Below, piece by piece: positions 1 to 8,298 of a stretch of 13,854 bases of DNA (positions are counted from its first letter, which is position 1; each line of letters opens with the position of its first letter). The stretch is taken from positions 1 through 13,854 of the forward strand of contig RQSC01000904.1 of assembly GCA_013416795.1 (NCBI GenBank), written 5' to 3'. The DNA comes from Prasinococcaceae sp. CCMP 1430. Its lineage: Eukaryota; Plantae; Prasinodermophyta. The notes beneath the pieces are model-generated. The model did not search any database. It saw only the letters and a program-made list of their open reading frames with translations, and was not told the origin of the DNA. Made by a program: the position numbers and the translations under genes.

Positions 1-62
1 GCACCCCAGGCCGCGCGCGCGCTCGGCCGCCGCGGCGCGCGCCTAGCCGCGCAATTACGCAC

Positions 63-414
63 TTGTAGAAGAGCGCCGGCGCCAGCACGGCCATCGTGCC
101 GTAGCCGCTGCCCATCCCGAAGGAGAGCATCAGCACCTGCGGCAGCGCGCGCCGCACCGGAAGGGGGGGTGCGGGGGTGGGGGTGGGGTGGTGGGGGGCA
201 ACGCCGCGGGTGGGAACGGCGGCGCCGCCGGGCGTGCACCGCGACCATCGCGACGCGCGCGCGTCAGCCTCATCACCAGCGTCAGCACTATCGGCCGCCG
301 CGCGAGCGGGAGGTTGTGTGTGCGTGTGTGGCGGCGGTGGTGTGGTGTGTGTGAGGGGGGAGAAGGCGACGCTTGCGCGCGGCGCACATTCTTGGGCTTG
401 AGGCCGAGCACCAT
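63..414 (-). CDS. 5' exons of a small hydrophobic/membrane protein of unknown function (continues beyond the left edge)
   Basis: ATG at 414 in GCC-ATG-G context. Exon 414-388 (MVLGLKPKN), GTGCGC donor at 387, C/A-rich intron ending GCCGCAG at 137, exon 136-63 (VLMLSFGMGSGYGTMAVLAPALFY), next GTGCGT donor at 62. The splice is in frame and codons are GC3-rich. No family recognised. Confidence 0.6.
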
Positions 415-647
415 GGCGTGAGAGGGCGGTGGGATTGGGAGAGGAGGGCGGGCGGGAGGGAGGTTCGGGGCGCGAGTGGGTGGGTGGGCGGGTGGGCGAG
501 GGGGAGGGGTGGTGACGTGCGACGCGCGTGCGTTGTGTGGCTGCGCCTGCGGCGCCGGCGGTGCGCGTGGCGTCGGTCGGTTAATAGGGAGGTTGAAGAA
601 AATATCTGCGCTCGGAGCCGTTCGGCCCTGTTCCGGGAGTCGCGAAT

Positions 648-720
648 GGGTACTCCCTAATGAACCATGGACATCCAGGGAGAATCACCCGGTGTGGTGT
701 AATTTACCCCTAGTAATGTC
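648..720. mobile_element. 73-bp segment with both terminal motifs of the 10176-10760 element, in opposite orientation; putative minimal non-autonomous element
   Basis: GGTACTCCCTAATGAA...AATTTACCCCTAGTAATGTC matches the reverse complement of the ends of 10176-10760 (GGTACCCTCCAATGAA...AATATAGACCCTAGTAAGGTC). No target duplication seen for this copy. Confidence 0.4.
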
Positions 721-729
721 GTTTCGGAC

Positions 730-1544
730 ATGATCGACCCCGGGGGCATCGCGCGGGGGTGCGGAGATACCGCGCGAAGCGCAGCCCGGCGCACAAGAGC
801 GCAGTGGTAGCCCCGTGATGGCTACCCTTCTTTGGAGTGATATACCCTCTGCCCCGAGGGCCACCCGCCCAGTGGCAAGCCGCTCCACGACATCCTGAAG
901 GAGATCATGGATGACTACATCACATGCATGGACACATCGACGAAGGCCGAGATCACCAAGCTGCTCATCCGGGTTGTCATGGAGCAGCTCGGCGTACCAG
1001 GTGAGAATGCACCCATTCGATGTACCGACCTCGCACGCGAACACTCGTGCCGCGCACCCTACGCAAACCAGCTTTGGTTTGTGGTGATCCGTGATTTGCA
1101 TGTTCGTTTGTGTGTGCCGCTCATGAGCAATTCGCAAATTTCTTCGCCCCTACGTTGAAGTCGGAGAAACGGTTGTCGTTCATGATGCGATTGTCTAACT
1201 CGCGGCGTGTCGCCGCCTTGTTTCCGTTGGGCATGGTGTGTAGGTCCAACTCCGCGTGTTCAACAACATCGTGAGCCGTTGGGTGGTCCAATCGCGTCTT
1301 GATATTCCAAAGAACTTCAGTAGTCGCAGCAAGTTGGACGACATGTACCTCAACAAACATGTGCCGGTCCCTGTCACTGTCCCGCACGACGCAAGAGAGA
1401 AGGTGTACTGCAACCAGAGCAATCCAATGGTGCATCTGGAGCATCATGCCGCACTTGGCCACGAACCACGAACGTGTGAAGGACTTTCGGATCACGTTGG
1501 ATCGCCTCGGGCCCAAGCCAAGATTCCGAATGCACATGCCGTAG
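730..1544 (+). pseudogene. Degenerate coding-like island (decayed gene or transposon fragment), product unknown
   Basis: Visibly lower GC and fewer CG runs than the flanks. Protein-like stretch YTLCPEGHPPSGKPLHDILKEIMDDYITCMDTSTKAEITKLLIRVVMEQLGVP ends at CAG|GTGAGA (1000/1001). A phase-compatible acceptor at 1071 opens a frame to TAG 1544 that is interrupted by TGA at 1092 and 1272. Confidence 0.25.
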
Positions 1545-1881
1545 GCCGACGACGGCGCCGCGGCGGCGCAGCGCACTGTCAAGAAGGCTACTATGGCGCA
1601 GGGCGCGCACGCGTTTAGCGTCGCGCACGGCCGGCCATTGGCCCGAGACGTGCGGACGACCGACGCGTGCTTCGCGACGCTGGAGGCGAGCGTGCGTGCG
1701 GGCCTGTACTCATCACTCGACTAGCTCACTTTGAGGCACAATTCTTCGCCGCGAGGAGCCTTTGGCGCCCGCCCCGTTCCGCGCGTGCGTTTTGACCTGT
1801 GGTTCGTCCGCATGCGGCGTTCGATGGCGAGGAGCCACACCGCGCGCGCGGGGCGCGGCGCCGGCGCCGGCGCCGCCCGCC

Positions 1882-2765
1882 NNNNNNNNNNNNNNNNNNN
1901 NNNNNNNNNNNNNNNNNNNNNNNNNNNNNNNNNNNNNNNNNNNNNNNNNNNNNNNNNNNNNNNNNNNNNNNNNNNNNNNNNNNNNNNNNNNNNNNNNNNN
2001 NNNNNNNNNNNNNNNNNNNNNNNNNNNNNNNNNNNNNNNNNNNNNNNNNNNNNNNNNNNNNNNNNNNNNNNNNNNNNNNNNNNNNNNNNNNNNNNNNNNN
2101 NNNNNNNNNNNNNNNNNNNNNNNNNNNNNNNNNNNNNNNNNNNNNNNNNNNNNNNNNNNNNNNNNNNNNNNNNNNNNNNNNNNNNNNNNNNNNNNNNNNN
2201 NNNNNNNNNNNNNNNNNNNNNNNNNNNNNNNNNNNNNNNNNNNNNNNNNNNNNNNNNNNNNNNNNNNNNNNNNNNNNNNNNNNNNNNNNNNNNNNNNNNN
2301 NNNNNNNNNNNNNNNNNNNNNNNNNNNNNNNNNNNNNNNNNNNNNNNNNNNNNNNNNNNNNNNNNNNNNNNNNNNNNNNNNNNNNNNNNNNNNNNNNNNN
2401 NNNNNNNNNNNNNNNNNNNNNNNNNNNNNNNNNNNNNNNNNNNNNNNNNNNNNNNNNNNNNNNNNNNNNNNNNNNNNNNNNNNNNNNNNNNNNNNNNNNN
2501 NNNNNNNNNNNNNNNNNNNNNNNNNNNNNNNNNNNNNNNNNNNNNNNNNNNNNNNNNNNNNNNNNNNNNNNNNNNNNNNNNNNNNNNNNNNNNNNNNNNN
2601 NNNNNNNNNNNNNNNNNNNNNNNNNNNNNNNNNNNNNNNNNNNNNNNNNNNNNNNNNNNNNNNNNNNNNNNNNNNNNNNNNNNNNNNNNNNNNNNNNNNN
2701 NNNNNNNNNNNNNNNNNNNNNNNNNNNNNNNNNNNNNNNNNNNNNNNNNNNNNNNNNNNNNNNNN
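1882..2765. other. Assembly gap (884 N)
   Basis: Run of N seen directly. Confidence 1.
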
Positions 2766-2808
2766 TGCGGGCGCAGAGGCGGCGCCCGCGCCACCGCAGC
2801 GCTCGACC

Positions 2809-3431
2809 TCACGCCACCTCCTCGGTGCTCCGCGCCGGGTCCGCCTCGCGCGTGCTCCCTGAGCGAGACGCGGACAGGCTCGGCCGCGAGCGCGCTCGTG
2901 CGCTTCCGCGCGGCTCGCCTGCGCCCGTCCCCCCAGCCGCAGCGGCCGCGGCGGCGGCCGCGGCCTCATCCTCGTCGAGCAGCGCCGCAGCAGTGCTCAA
3001 GCGCTCCGTCACGGCGTCCATCGTGTGGCGCAGGCGCCCCGCGCGCGCGCGTGCGGCCGCCAGCCGCTCAGCTGCCAGCGAGAACGACGACGCGCTCCCC
3101 GACAGCTGCGACGCGCGAGGGCCGAGAGTCAATGCGGGCGCGCTCGAGGCGCGTCTACGAGCGCACGCACGCACGCACGCACGAGCGAGCGAGCGAGCGA
3201 GGCGAGGCGAGGAGCCCGCCGAGGGTGCGCAGCCGCGCGCTGCGGCAGCCCTCGCCGCTCCCCTCTCGCGCGCGCCCTTCGCACCTGCGCCTCGGCGGCC
3301 GCCGCCTCTCCAGCTCGTCGGATGGCCGCCTCGGCGTGCTCCAGCGCGGCGTCGAGCGCATCCTGCGCGCCGCAGAGCGCGGCCACATCGGCCTCCGACG
3401 ACTCCAGCGACTGCGCGAGCAGGGCCTCCAT
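2809..3431 (-). CDS. Snapin/Pallidin-like (BLOC-1 subunit-like) coiled-coil protein, 2 exons (3431-3285, 3105-2809), ~147 aa; true start may lie beyond the N at 3471
   Basis: CAG|GTGCGA donor at 3284, TTGAC branch-like site, TCGCAG acceptor at 3106, in-frame splice. The product LAQSLESSEADVAALCGAQDALDAALEHAEAAIRR...AERLAAARARAGRLRHTMDAVTERL follows the Snapin pattern (V..SQ.EL...I..L / KL..AR.RV......L....ERL). Family assigned by eye. Confidence 0.6.
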
Positions 3432-3508
3432 CGCGCCCGCCGGGCGCGCGACGCGCCTCGCGAGCGCCGCNGACGGCGCACGCCGGGCGGCGCCGAGCGA
3501 GCGAGCAG

Positions 3509-4635
3509 CTGCGCGGGTACCAACGCCGGGGGCCGTCTCGGGCGGCGCCGCCTCGGGCTCCGCGACAGCGGGCGCTCTCGTCTCTCCCGCCGCTGTCCCG
3601 GCGTCTGCGGCGATGCCGGCGCCGGCGAGGGCCGCGCCGCTGCCCGTGGGCTGGACGGAGGGCGTGGACCCGCGCACAGGCGCACCGTACTACTTCAATG
3701 TGGCGAGGGGCGTCACGCAGTGGGAGAGGCCGCGCCCGCCTCCGCCCCCGCCAGGCGGCATGGCGCCGCCGAGCGGGCCCGCGCCGGTGCCGGCGCGAGC
3801 GACAGCCGCAGCAGCGCCCGCTGGCGGCGGGGCGCGTCCGCCGGCGGCCTTCCCGCAGACGGTGCAGGTCGACACCGGCAGGTACGCTCGCTGCTCGGGC
3901 ACGCGCGCGGCTCGAGCGAGCGGTCGGCCGCTGCTGGAGGTGCCCGCGCGCGCGTTCGCTGCCGAGACGCGCGCACGCAAGGCACAGGTAGCTCGCGCCC
4001 GGCCGCCAGGCGCTGCAACTCGCGCGTGCGGCTCGGCGCCAGGCTGACGTGCGCCTCTCGCTACGCACAGCTCCGTGACCACGGCTGCCATACAGGAGGA
4101 GGCGCTCGCTCGCGCGCGCGCGGCGGTGCCGCCTGGAAAGCGCGCGCGCAACCCCGGAGCGCACAAGTGGATGCAGGAGCGGCCGAGCAAGAGCCAGAGG
4201 GGGTGCGTGCGCTGCGCTGCGCTGTGGGGCGCGCGGAGCGAGCGCTCATGGAACGCGGCCCGAGCGAGCGAGCCGGCGAGCGAGCGAGCGAGCGCAGGCC
4301 TGCGGCTGCTCGCCGCCCTCCCTGGACGACTGACCCGTTCGTCGCGTTCGCAGCGGTCGCGGCGATGGCGGAGGCGGAGGCGGCGACAGCAAGGACGAAA
4401 TCGATCCGATGGATCCCTCCTCTTACTCGGTGCGTGCGAGCGCGTCCCGCCCGGCCCAGCTGCGTCGCACGTGTGTCACTGCGCGCGCACGCGGGTTGGC
4501 CGGCGGCCTCGTCGCCGGCCCACCCGCCTGGTCGCGCACCGCTGACCTCGTGCGCGTGCGCAGGACGCGCCGAGAGGCGGCTGGGGCACCGGAATCGAGC
4601 GCGCGCGGGGCGGCAAGCCGCGCAACGACGCCTAG
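3509..4635 (+). CDS. PQBP1: Polyglutamine-binding protein 1 homologue (WW domain + DPMDPSSYSDAPRG motif); exons ~3509-3881, 4071-4202, 4354-4429, 4564-4635; 5' end uncertain
   Basis: WW domain LPVGWTEGVDPRTGAPYYFNVARGVTQWERP (3640-3732). Three GT-AG introns (3882-4070, 4203-4353, 4430-4563), each with CTGAC near the acceptor, splice in frame to give DEIDPMDPSSYS|DAPRGGWGTGIE, the hallmark PQBP1 motif. Stop TAG 4633-4635. The start is either ATG 3613 or an upstream exon lost at the N at 3471 (candidate acceptor CAG 3506-3508). Confidence 0.88.
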
Positions 4636-4809
4636 GCGCGGGTGGCTCCCCGGTGCGCGCCGGTTGCAGGCGGTCGTAATTGCACTCTCGCGCTCTGCGT
4701 GCGTCCCGCGCGCACCGAGCGCAGGCGCGCTCGCCATGCGCCAGCCGGCTGTCGACCTTCGCACATTACGCGGCGCGCGCGGTGGGCGCGCGCGCCAGCG
4801 CGCTGCGGC

Positions 4810-5865
4810 CTAGTCGGCGTCCGCGTCCGAGGTGGGCGTGACCGCGTTCGGGTGGAGGTACGTCACCGACAGCGAGTCGCTGCCCGAGCCGGCCTGGGCA
4901 CGCGCGGCCACCGTGCGCAGGTAGTCGTATGAGGCCTTGTGGTCGTCGGCGGTCAGCCCCGTGCGCGTGAGCGCCAGCGCCAGGCCGTCGGCCTTGGCGC
5001 GCTCGATGATGTCGCGCGCCTCGGCCGCGCCGCGCTCGGAGGTCAGCTTCGCGTTAGCGTTGGCGATGCGCAGCGCCGCGACCGCCTGCAGGTTGATCTT
5101 GTTGACCATGACGTCCGTCTGGTCCCTCTCGAGCTGCGCGGCCTTAAGGTTCGTCTGCTCGTCGTTGCGCTCGAGCTGCACCTTGACGTCCAGCTGCTTC
5201 TGCGCGACGCTGCTCGGGATCTGCACGCGGCCGAGCACCAGCTGGTCGAGGTGCGCGTGCAGGCTCGGGGGCTCCACGAGGCGCGCCTCGACGGCCGCGA
5301 ACAGCCGGCTCTCCAGAAGGTCGCGCTCCTGGAAGTACTCGTCGAACGCGACGCTCGCGGCCACGTTCTTGATGGCCGCGCGCGCGCGGCTCTCGACGAC
5401 CTTCGCGTAGCCCGCGCCGAGCTGCTCGTGGATGAGGCCCACCGCATCCTCGTCGAGCAGGTACGTCAGCGTGACGTCGATCTGGAACTCGAGGCCGATG
5501 CTGTTGTTGGTCGCGCCCGCGGAGAACACGCTGAGCTCGTCGAAGTCGACCCTGTGCGTGTCCGCCTGGTACTTGCGGAAGGTCCAGTCCGGGCCGTTGA
5601 GGTAGCGGCCGGCGCTGTACACGCGCCCGACCCGCACCTGCCCTGTGCTCTTCCGCTGCAGCAGGCCGTACTCGTAGTACTCGAGGTACGAGAAGCTCGC
5701 GGGCAGCAGCGAGACGAGCAGCAGAGAGCCGACGGCGAGCAGGGTGCAAATGGTGTGCCTGTGCCTCCCTACCGCGTCCTGCACGCTCTCGGCGGCGTGC
5801 GCGGGTATGCAGCCGGCGACCGCGGGCGGCGCGAGCTCGACATCGGCGTGCGTGGTCGCCGACAT
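4810..5865 (-). CDS. SPFH/Band-7 (prohibitin/erlin/HflK-C superfamily) domain membrane protein A, 351 aa, intronless
   Basis: ATG 5865 (MSATTHAD). N-terminal TM helix (ICTLLAVGSLLLVSLLPASF), then YLEYYEYGL...GRYLNGP..F.KY, IDVTLTY, ARAAIKNVAA...YFQER, LVLGRVQIP and a C-terminal Ala/Glu/Gln coiled coil. Strong GC3 bias. Confidence 0.88.
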   Translation of the reverse strand: MSATTHADVELAPPAVAGCIPAHAAESVQDAVGRHRHTICTLLAVGSLLLVSLLPASFSYLEYYEYGLLQRKSTGQVRVGRVYSAGRYLNGPDWTFRKYQADTHRVDFDELSVFSAGATNNSIGLEFQIDVTLTYLLDEDAVGLIHEQLGAGYAKVVESRARAAIKNVAASVAFDEYFQERDLLESRLFAAVEARLVEPPSLHAHLDQLVLGRVQIPSSVAQKQLDVKVQLERNDEQTNLKAAQLERDQTDVMVNKINLQAVAALRIANANAKLTSERGAAEARDIIERAKADGLALALTRTGLTADDHKASYDYLRTVAARAQAGSGSDSLSVTYLHPNAVTPTSDADAD

Positions 5866-6272
5866 GGGGCGGCGATCGACGCAGGTCGGCCCGAACGCTG
5901 GAGGGCGCACCCGGCAGCGCCGACAGCGCTGACAGCGCCGGCAGCGCCGGCAGAGCCGGCAGAGGGCAACGGCCCGCGCGCCCACCCCACTCGCACCCCT
6001 ACCCTCCTCCTGGCTGCTCGAGCGCGTGAGCGCTTGCTTGACGAGCGCCGGGGCCTTTCGCGCGCGCCGCGCCGCGCCCCGCGCGCGCGATCCCAGCGGC
6101 GCGTGTGCCACGCCCGGCGCCGCCTTTCCCCGTTTCCCCCTCCCATCCCTCCGCTTCACCCCGCGCTCCCGCGCTCCCGTTCCTCCCCACCCCCCCCACC
6201 CCCCACGCCCCTCCCACGCCGCCAGCGGCGGCCGCCGTGTGGCGCGCACCGAGCGCGCGCGCGCGGCCGAGC

Positions 6273-6281
6273 AAAAAAAAA
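6273..6281 (-). terminator. RNA polymerase III oligo-T terminator of the tRNA-Ser gene
   Basis: T9 on the minus strand, 7 nt downstream of the discriminator base. Confidence 0.85.
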
Positions 6282-6288
6282 GGAGCGT

Positions 6289-6369
6289 CGTCTGATGCAG
6301 GATTCGAACCTACGCGGGCGAACCCAATTGATTTCTAGTCAATCCCCTTAACCGCTCGGGCAACCAGAC
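6289..6369 (-). tRNA. tRNA-Ser(AGA): tRNA-Ser, anticodon AGA, intronless
   Basis: GTCTGGTTGCCCGAGCGGTTAAGGGGATTGACTAGAAATCAATTGGGTTCGCCCGCGTAGGTTCGAATCCTGCATCAGACG. Acceptor stem GTCTGGT/ATCAGAC, anticodon arm ATTGA-CT-AGA-AA-TCAAT, long variable arm, GGTTCGAATCC B-box, G discriminator, no encoded CCA. Confidence 0.97.
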
Positions 6370-6660
6370 AGAAAAACGTGAGCGCGCGAAAAAGTGCGGT
6401 TTAAGAAAGCATCGACCAGTGCCGGCCCCCCGGCCGCACCTTGGCGAGGACGGCGCCGAGGCCGCTCCCTGCCGAGCGCCCCTCCCCCCCCCCACACGTG
6501 GGCGCCTCTCGCGCTCGCGCCACGCCCCGACGACGCGCCTCCTGCGCACGAGGCTCTTCCAGGCTCGGCGTGTGCCGCCCGACGCGCGCCTCCGACGCGC
6601 GCGCGCGCGCAGGAGCGCAGGAGCGCCCTAGCTAGCTCGCTCGACGAGGCGCTGCGGGCT

Positions 6661-7161
6661 CTACTGTGGCGGCGCCTCTCGCTCGCCGGGCGGCGGCGGC
6701 GAGTACGACCTGCACGAGCCCTCCAGCGCGGCGAGGCGGCCGCGCATCGCGCTCAGCGCCTGTCCCACGTCCACGCCGGCGACGGTGAGGTTGCCGCGCA
6801 CGATCAGCTCGGCGCCCTCGCCGCCGCTGCGCAGCTCGAGGGGCGCTTCGCCGCCGCTCGAGTCCTCGCTGTGCCACACCACGCCGCCGCTGTTGCAGCT
6901 GTCGCCCCCCCCGTACCCGTGCGCGTGCTCATACTCTCCGTACTCGTGCCCGTGCTCGTGCTCGTCCCCGTCGGTGCTATATGGGTCTGTGTATGGCTCT
7001 GTGTACGATGGCTCTGTGTACGTCTCTGTGTAGGTGGCTCCGGGTGCAGGTCCTGGGGGGTACGACCAGCGTTCGGGGGGATACGGGCCCTGCGCCTCCG
7101 CCGCCGGGAGCGGCACGAGCGCGGCGACTGCAGCGGCCGCCGCCGCGGCGGGGCGCGCCAT
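6661..7161 (-). CDS. Hypothetical secreted protein, 166 aa: signal peptide, YTE(P/T) repeats, His/Glu/Tyr-rich segment, C-terminal beta-strand plus short coiled coil
   Basis: ATG 7161. MARPAAAAAAAVAALVPLPAAEA|Q has an A-x-A cleavage pattern. Followed by YTETYTEPSYTEPYTDPY, DEHEHGHEYGEYEHAHGY, and ELIVRGNLTVAGVDVGQALSAMRGRLAALE with gene-like GC3 codons. TAG at 6663-6661. Confidence 0.6.
   Translation of the reverse strand: MARPAAAAAAAVAALVPLPAAEAQGPYPPERWSYPPGPAPGATYTETYTEPSYTEPYTDPYSTDGDEHEHGHEYGEYEHAHGYGGGDSCNSGGVVWHSEDSSGGEAPLELRSGGEGAELIVRGNLTVAGVDVGQALSAMRGRLAALEGSCRSYSPPPPGEREAPPQ
6979..7032 (-). repeat. Short coding tandem repeat, 4 x TACACAGA(G/C) core at 12-15 bp period
   Basis: Plus strand has four copies of tctgtgta, encoding YTET/YTEPS/YTEP/YTDP. 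Confidence 0.8.
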
Positions 7162-8098
7162 GGGCTCGTGGTGGCGCAGCCCGCGCGTGGTCGTGCCGTC
7201 GGTGCTGCTGACGGTGGTCGCCTTCCTGGTCGGCTTCTCGCTGCGCAAGCTTGACCCCCTCGAGTACGGGCTAGCGTACGACGTGCACGCCAAGACGCTC
7301 GCCGACGACGCCCAGCAGGGCGGCCTGCACGCGGGCACGCCGGGCTTCCGCTTCATCAAGTACCCGAGCACCTACCTGCAGGCCTCCATCCCCGATGACA
7401 CCGACCACCCCGAGCGGCTGGGCACGTGCGTGTCGCGCGACGGCCTGCGCGTCATCATCCGCGTCGAGTTCCAGTACCAGATCCTCGTGGAGGACATCGA
7501 GGAGGTGACGCGCAAGTACCGCAACCAGGAGAGGTGGAAGAGGCTCGTCGTCACCAAGGCGGTCAGCGCCGTGCAAAAGGGCTGCTCGCTCTTCTTCACG
7601 TCGTCGTTCCAGGCAGAGCGGGGCGTCATCCAGGAGCGCATGCTCGAGGCGCTCATCGAGAAGCTGGCCGACGTCCACGCCCTCGCCGTCGGCCTGCAGC
7701 TGTCCTTCGTGGAGCTGCCCGCCGAGTACTCGAAGGCCGTGGCCGCCAAGCAGGCCGCCAACGAGGACATCGGCCTGGCCATCAACCAGCGCGAGCAGCA
7801 GCGTACCATCGCCGAACAGGCCCTCCAGACGGCCACGGAGCAGGCCAAGAAGATCAACGACACCGCCCTCAACGACAAGATGCTGCTCGTCCGGGAGGCT
7901 GAGCTGCAGGCCGAGGGCATCGCGCTGCAGTTCGCCGCCGAGGCCGATGTGTACTCGTACGCCCGGGAGGCCCTCAACCTCACCTCCGAGGGGCTCCTGG
8001 CGTACGTGGGCTCGCGCGCCGTCGGCGGCGCCGCCGACGGGCGGGTGGACATCGCGCTCTCCGAGCCGGGGCGCTCGCAGTACCGGGACGAGCTCTGA
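7160..8098 (+). CDS. SPFH/Band-7 domain membrane protein B, 312 aa, intronless
   Basis: ATG 7160 (GCC-ATG-G). TM helix VVVPSVLLTVVAFLVGFSL, then LDPLEYGL, GGLHAGTPGFRFIKYP, SRDGLRVIIRVEFQYQ, FQAERGVI, LQLSFVELPAEYSKAVAAKQAA and a coiled coil with AELQAEGI. These are typical SPFH motifs. Confidence 0.9.
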   Translation: MGSWWRSPRVVVPSVLLTVVAFLVGFSLRKLDPLEYGLAYDVHAKTLADDAQQGGLHAGTPGFRFIKYPSTYLQASIPDDTDHPERLGTCVSRDGLRVIIRVEFQYQILVEDIEEVTRKYRNQERWKRLVVTKAVSAVQKGCSLFFTSSFQAERGVIQERMLEALIEKLADVHALAVGLQLSFVELPAEYSKAVAAKQAANEDIGLAINQREQQRTIAEQALQTATEQAKKINDTALNDKMLLVREAELQAEGIALQFAAEADVYSYAREALNLTSEGLLAYVGSRAVGGAADGRVDIALSEPGRSQYRDEL

Positions 8099-8298
8099 GC
8101 GCGCGGCGCGGCGCGGCGCTCGCGACGGCGCGGCGCATGCAACGGCCCGACGCGTAATCCCAACCATCCACAAATGCGGGCGCGGGGCGCGCGCGCGCCG
8201 TCGTCGCTTCGCTGAGTGTGTGCGCTGCTGCGCGCGCCGAGCGCCGTCGCGCGCCGAGGGGCGCGCCGCGCCCGCCGCGGGGGGCGGGCGAGTCCGTC

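Noticed and set aside
1713-4679. Very long ORFs (982, 730, 418, 366, 363 aa)
   Set aside because: They read through the N gap and GC-rich, stop-poor sequence. The real content is the spliced Snapin-like and PQBP1 genes.
5866-6249. 128-aa N-terminal extension of SPFH-A, including RC-rich repeats
   Set aside because: It starts at a non-ATG codon and is low-complexity upstream sequence. ATG 5865 gives a normal TM-first SPFH protein.
4939-6351. 470-aa + strand ORF and similar antisense ORFs over SPFH-B, the dehydrogenase and the GRDP-like gene
   Set aside because: Shadow ORFs caused by high GC3 on the coding strand; no recognisable motifs.
6289-6369. tRNA as an integration site or SINE head
   Set aside because: Intact cloverleaf with its own T-run terminator; no duplicated tRNA 3' fragment or integrase seen in the window.
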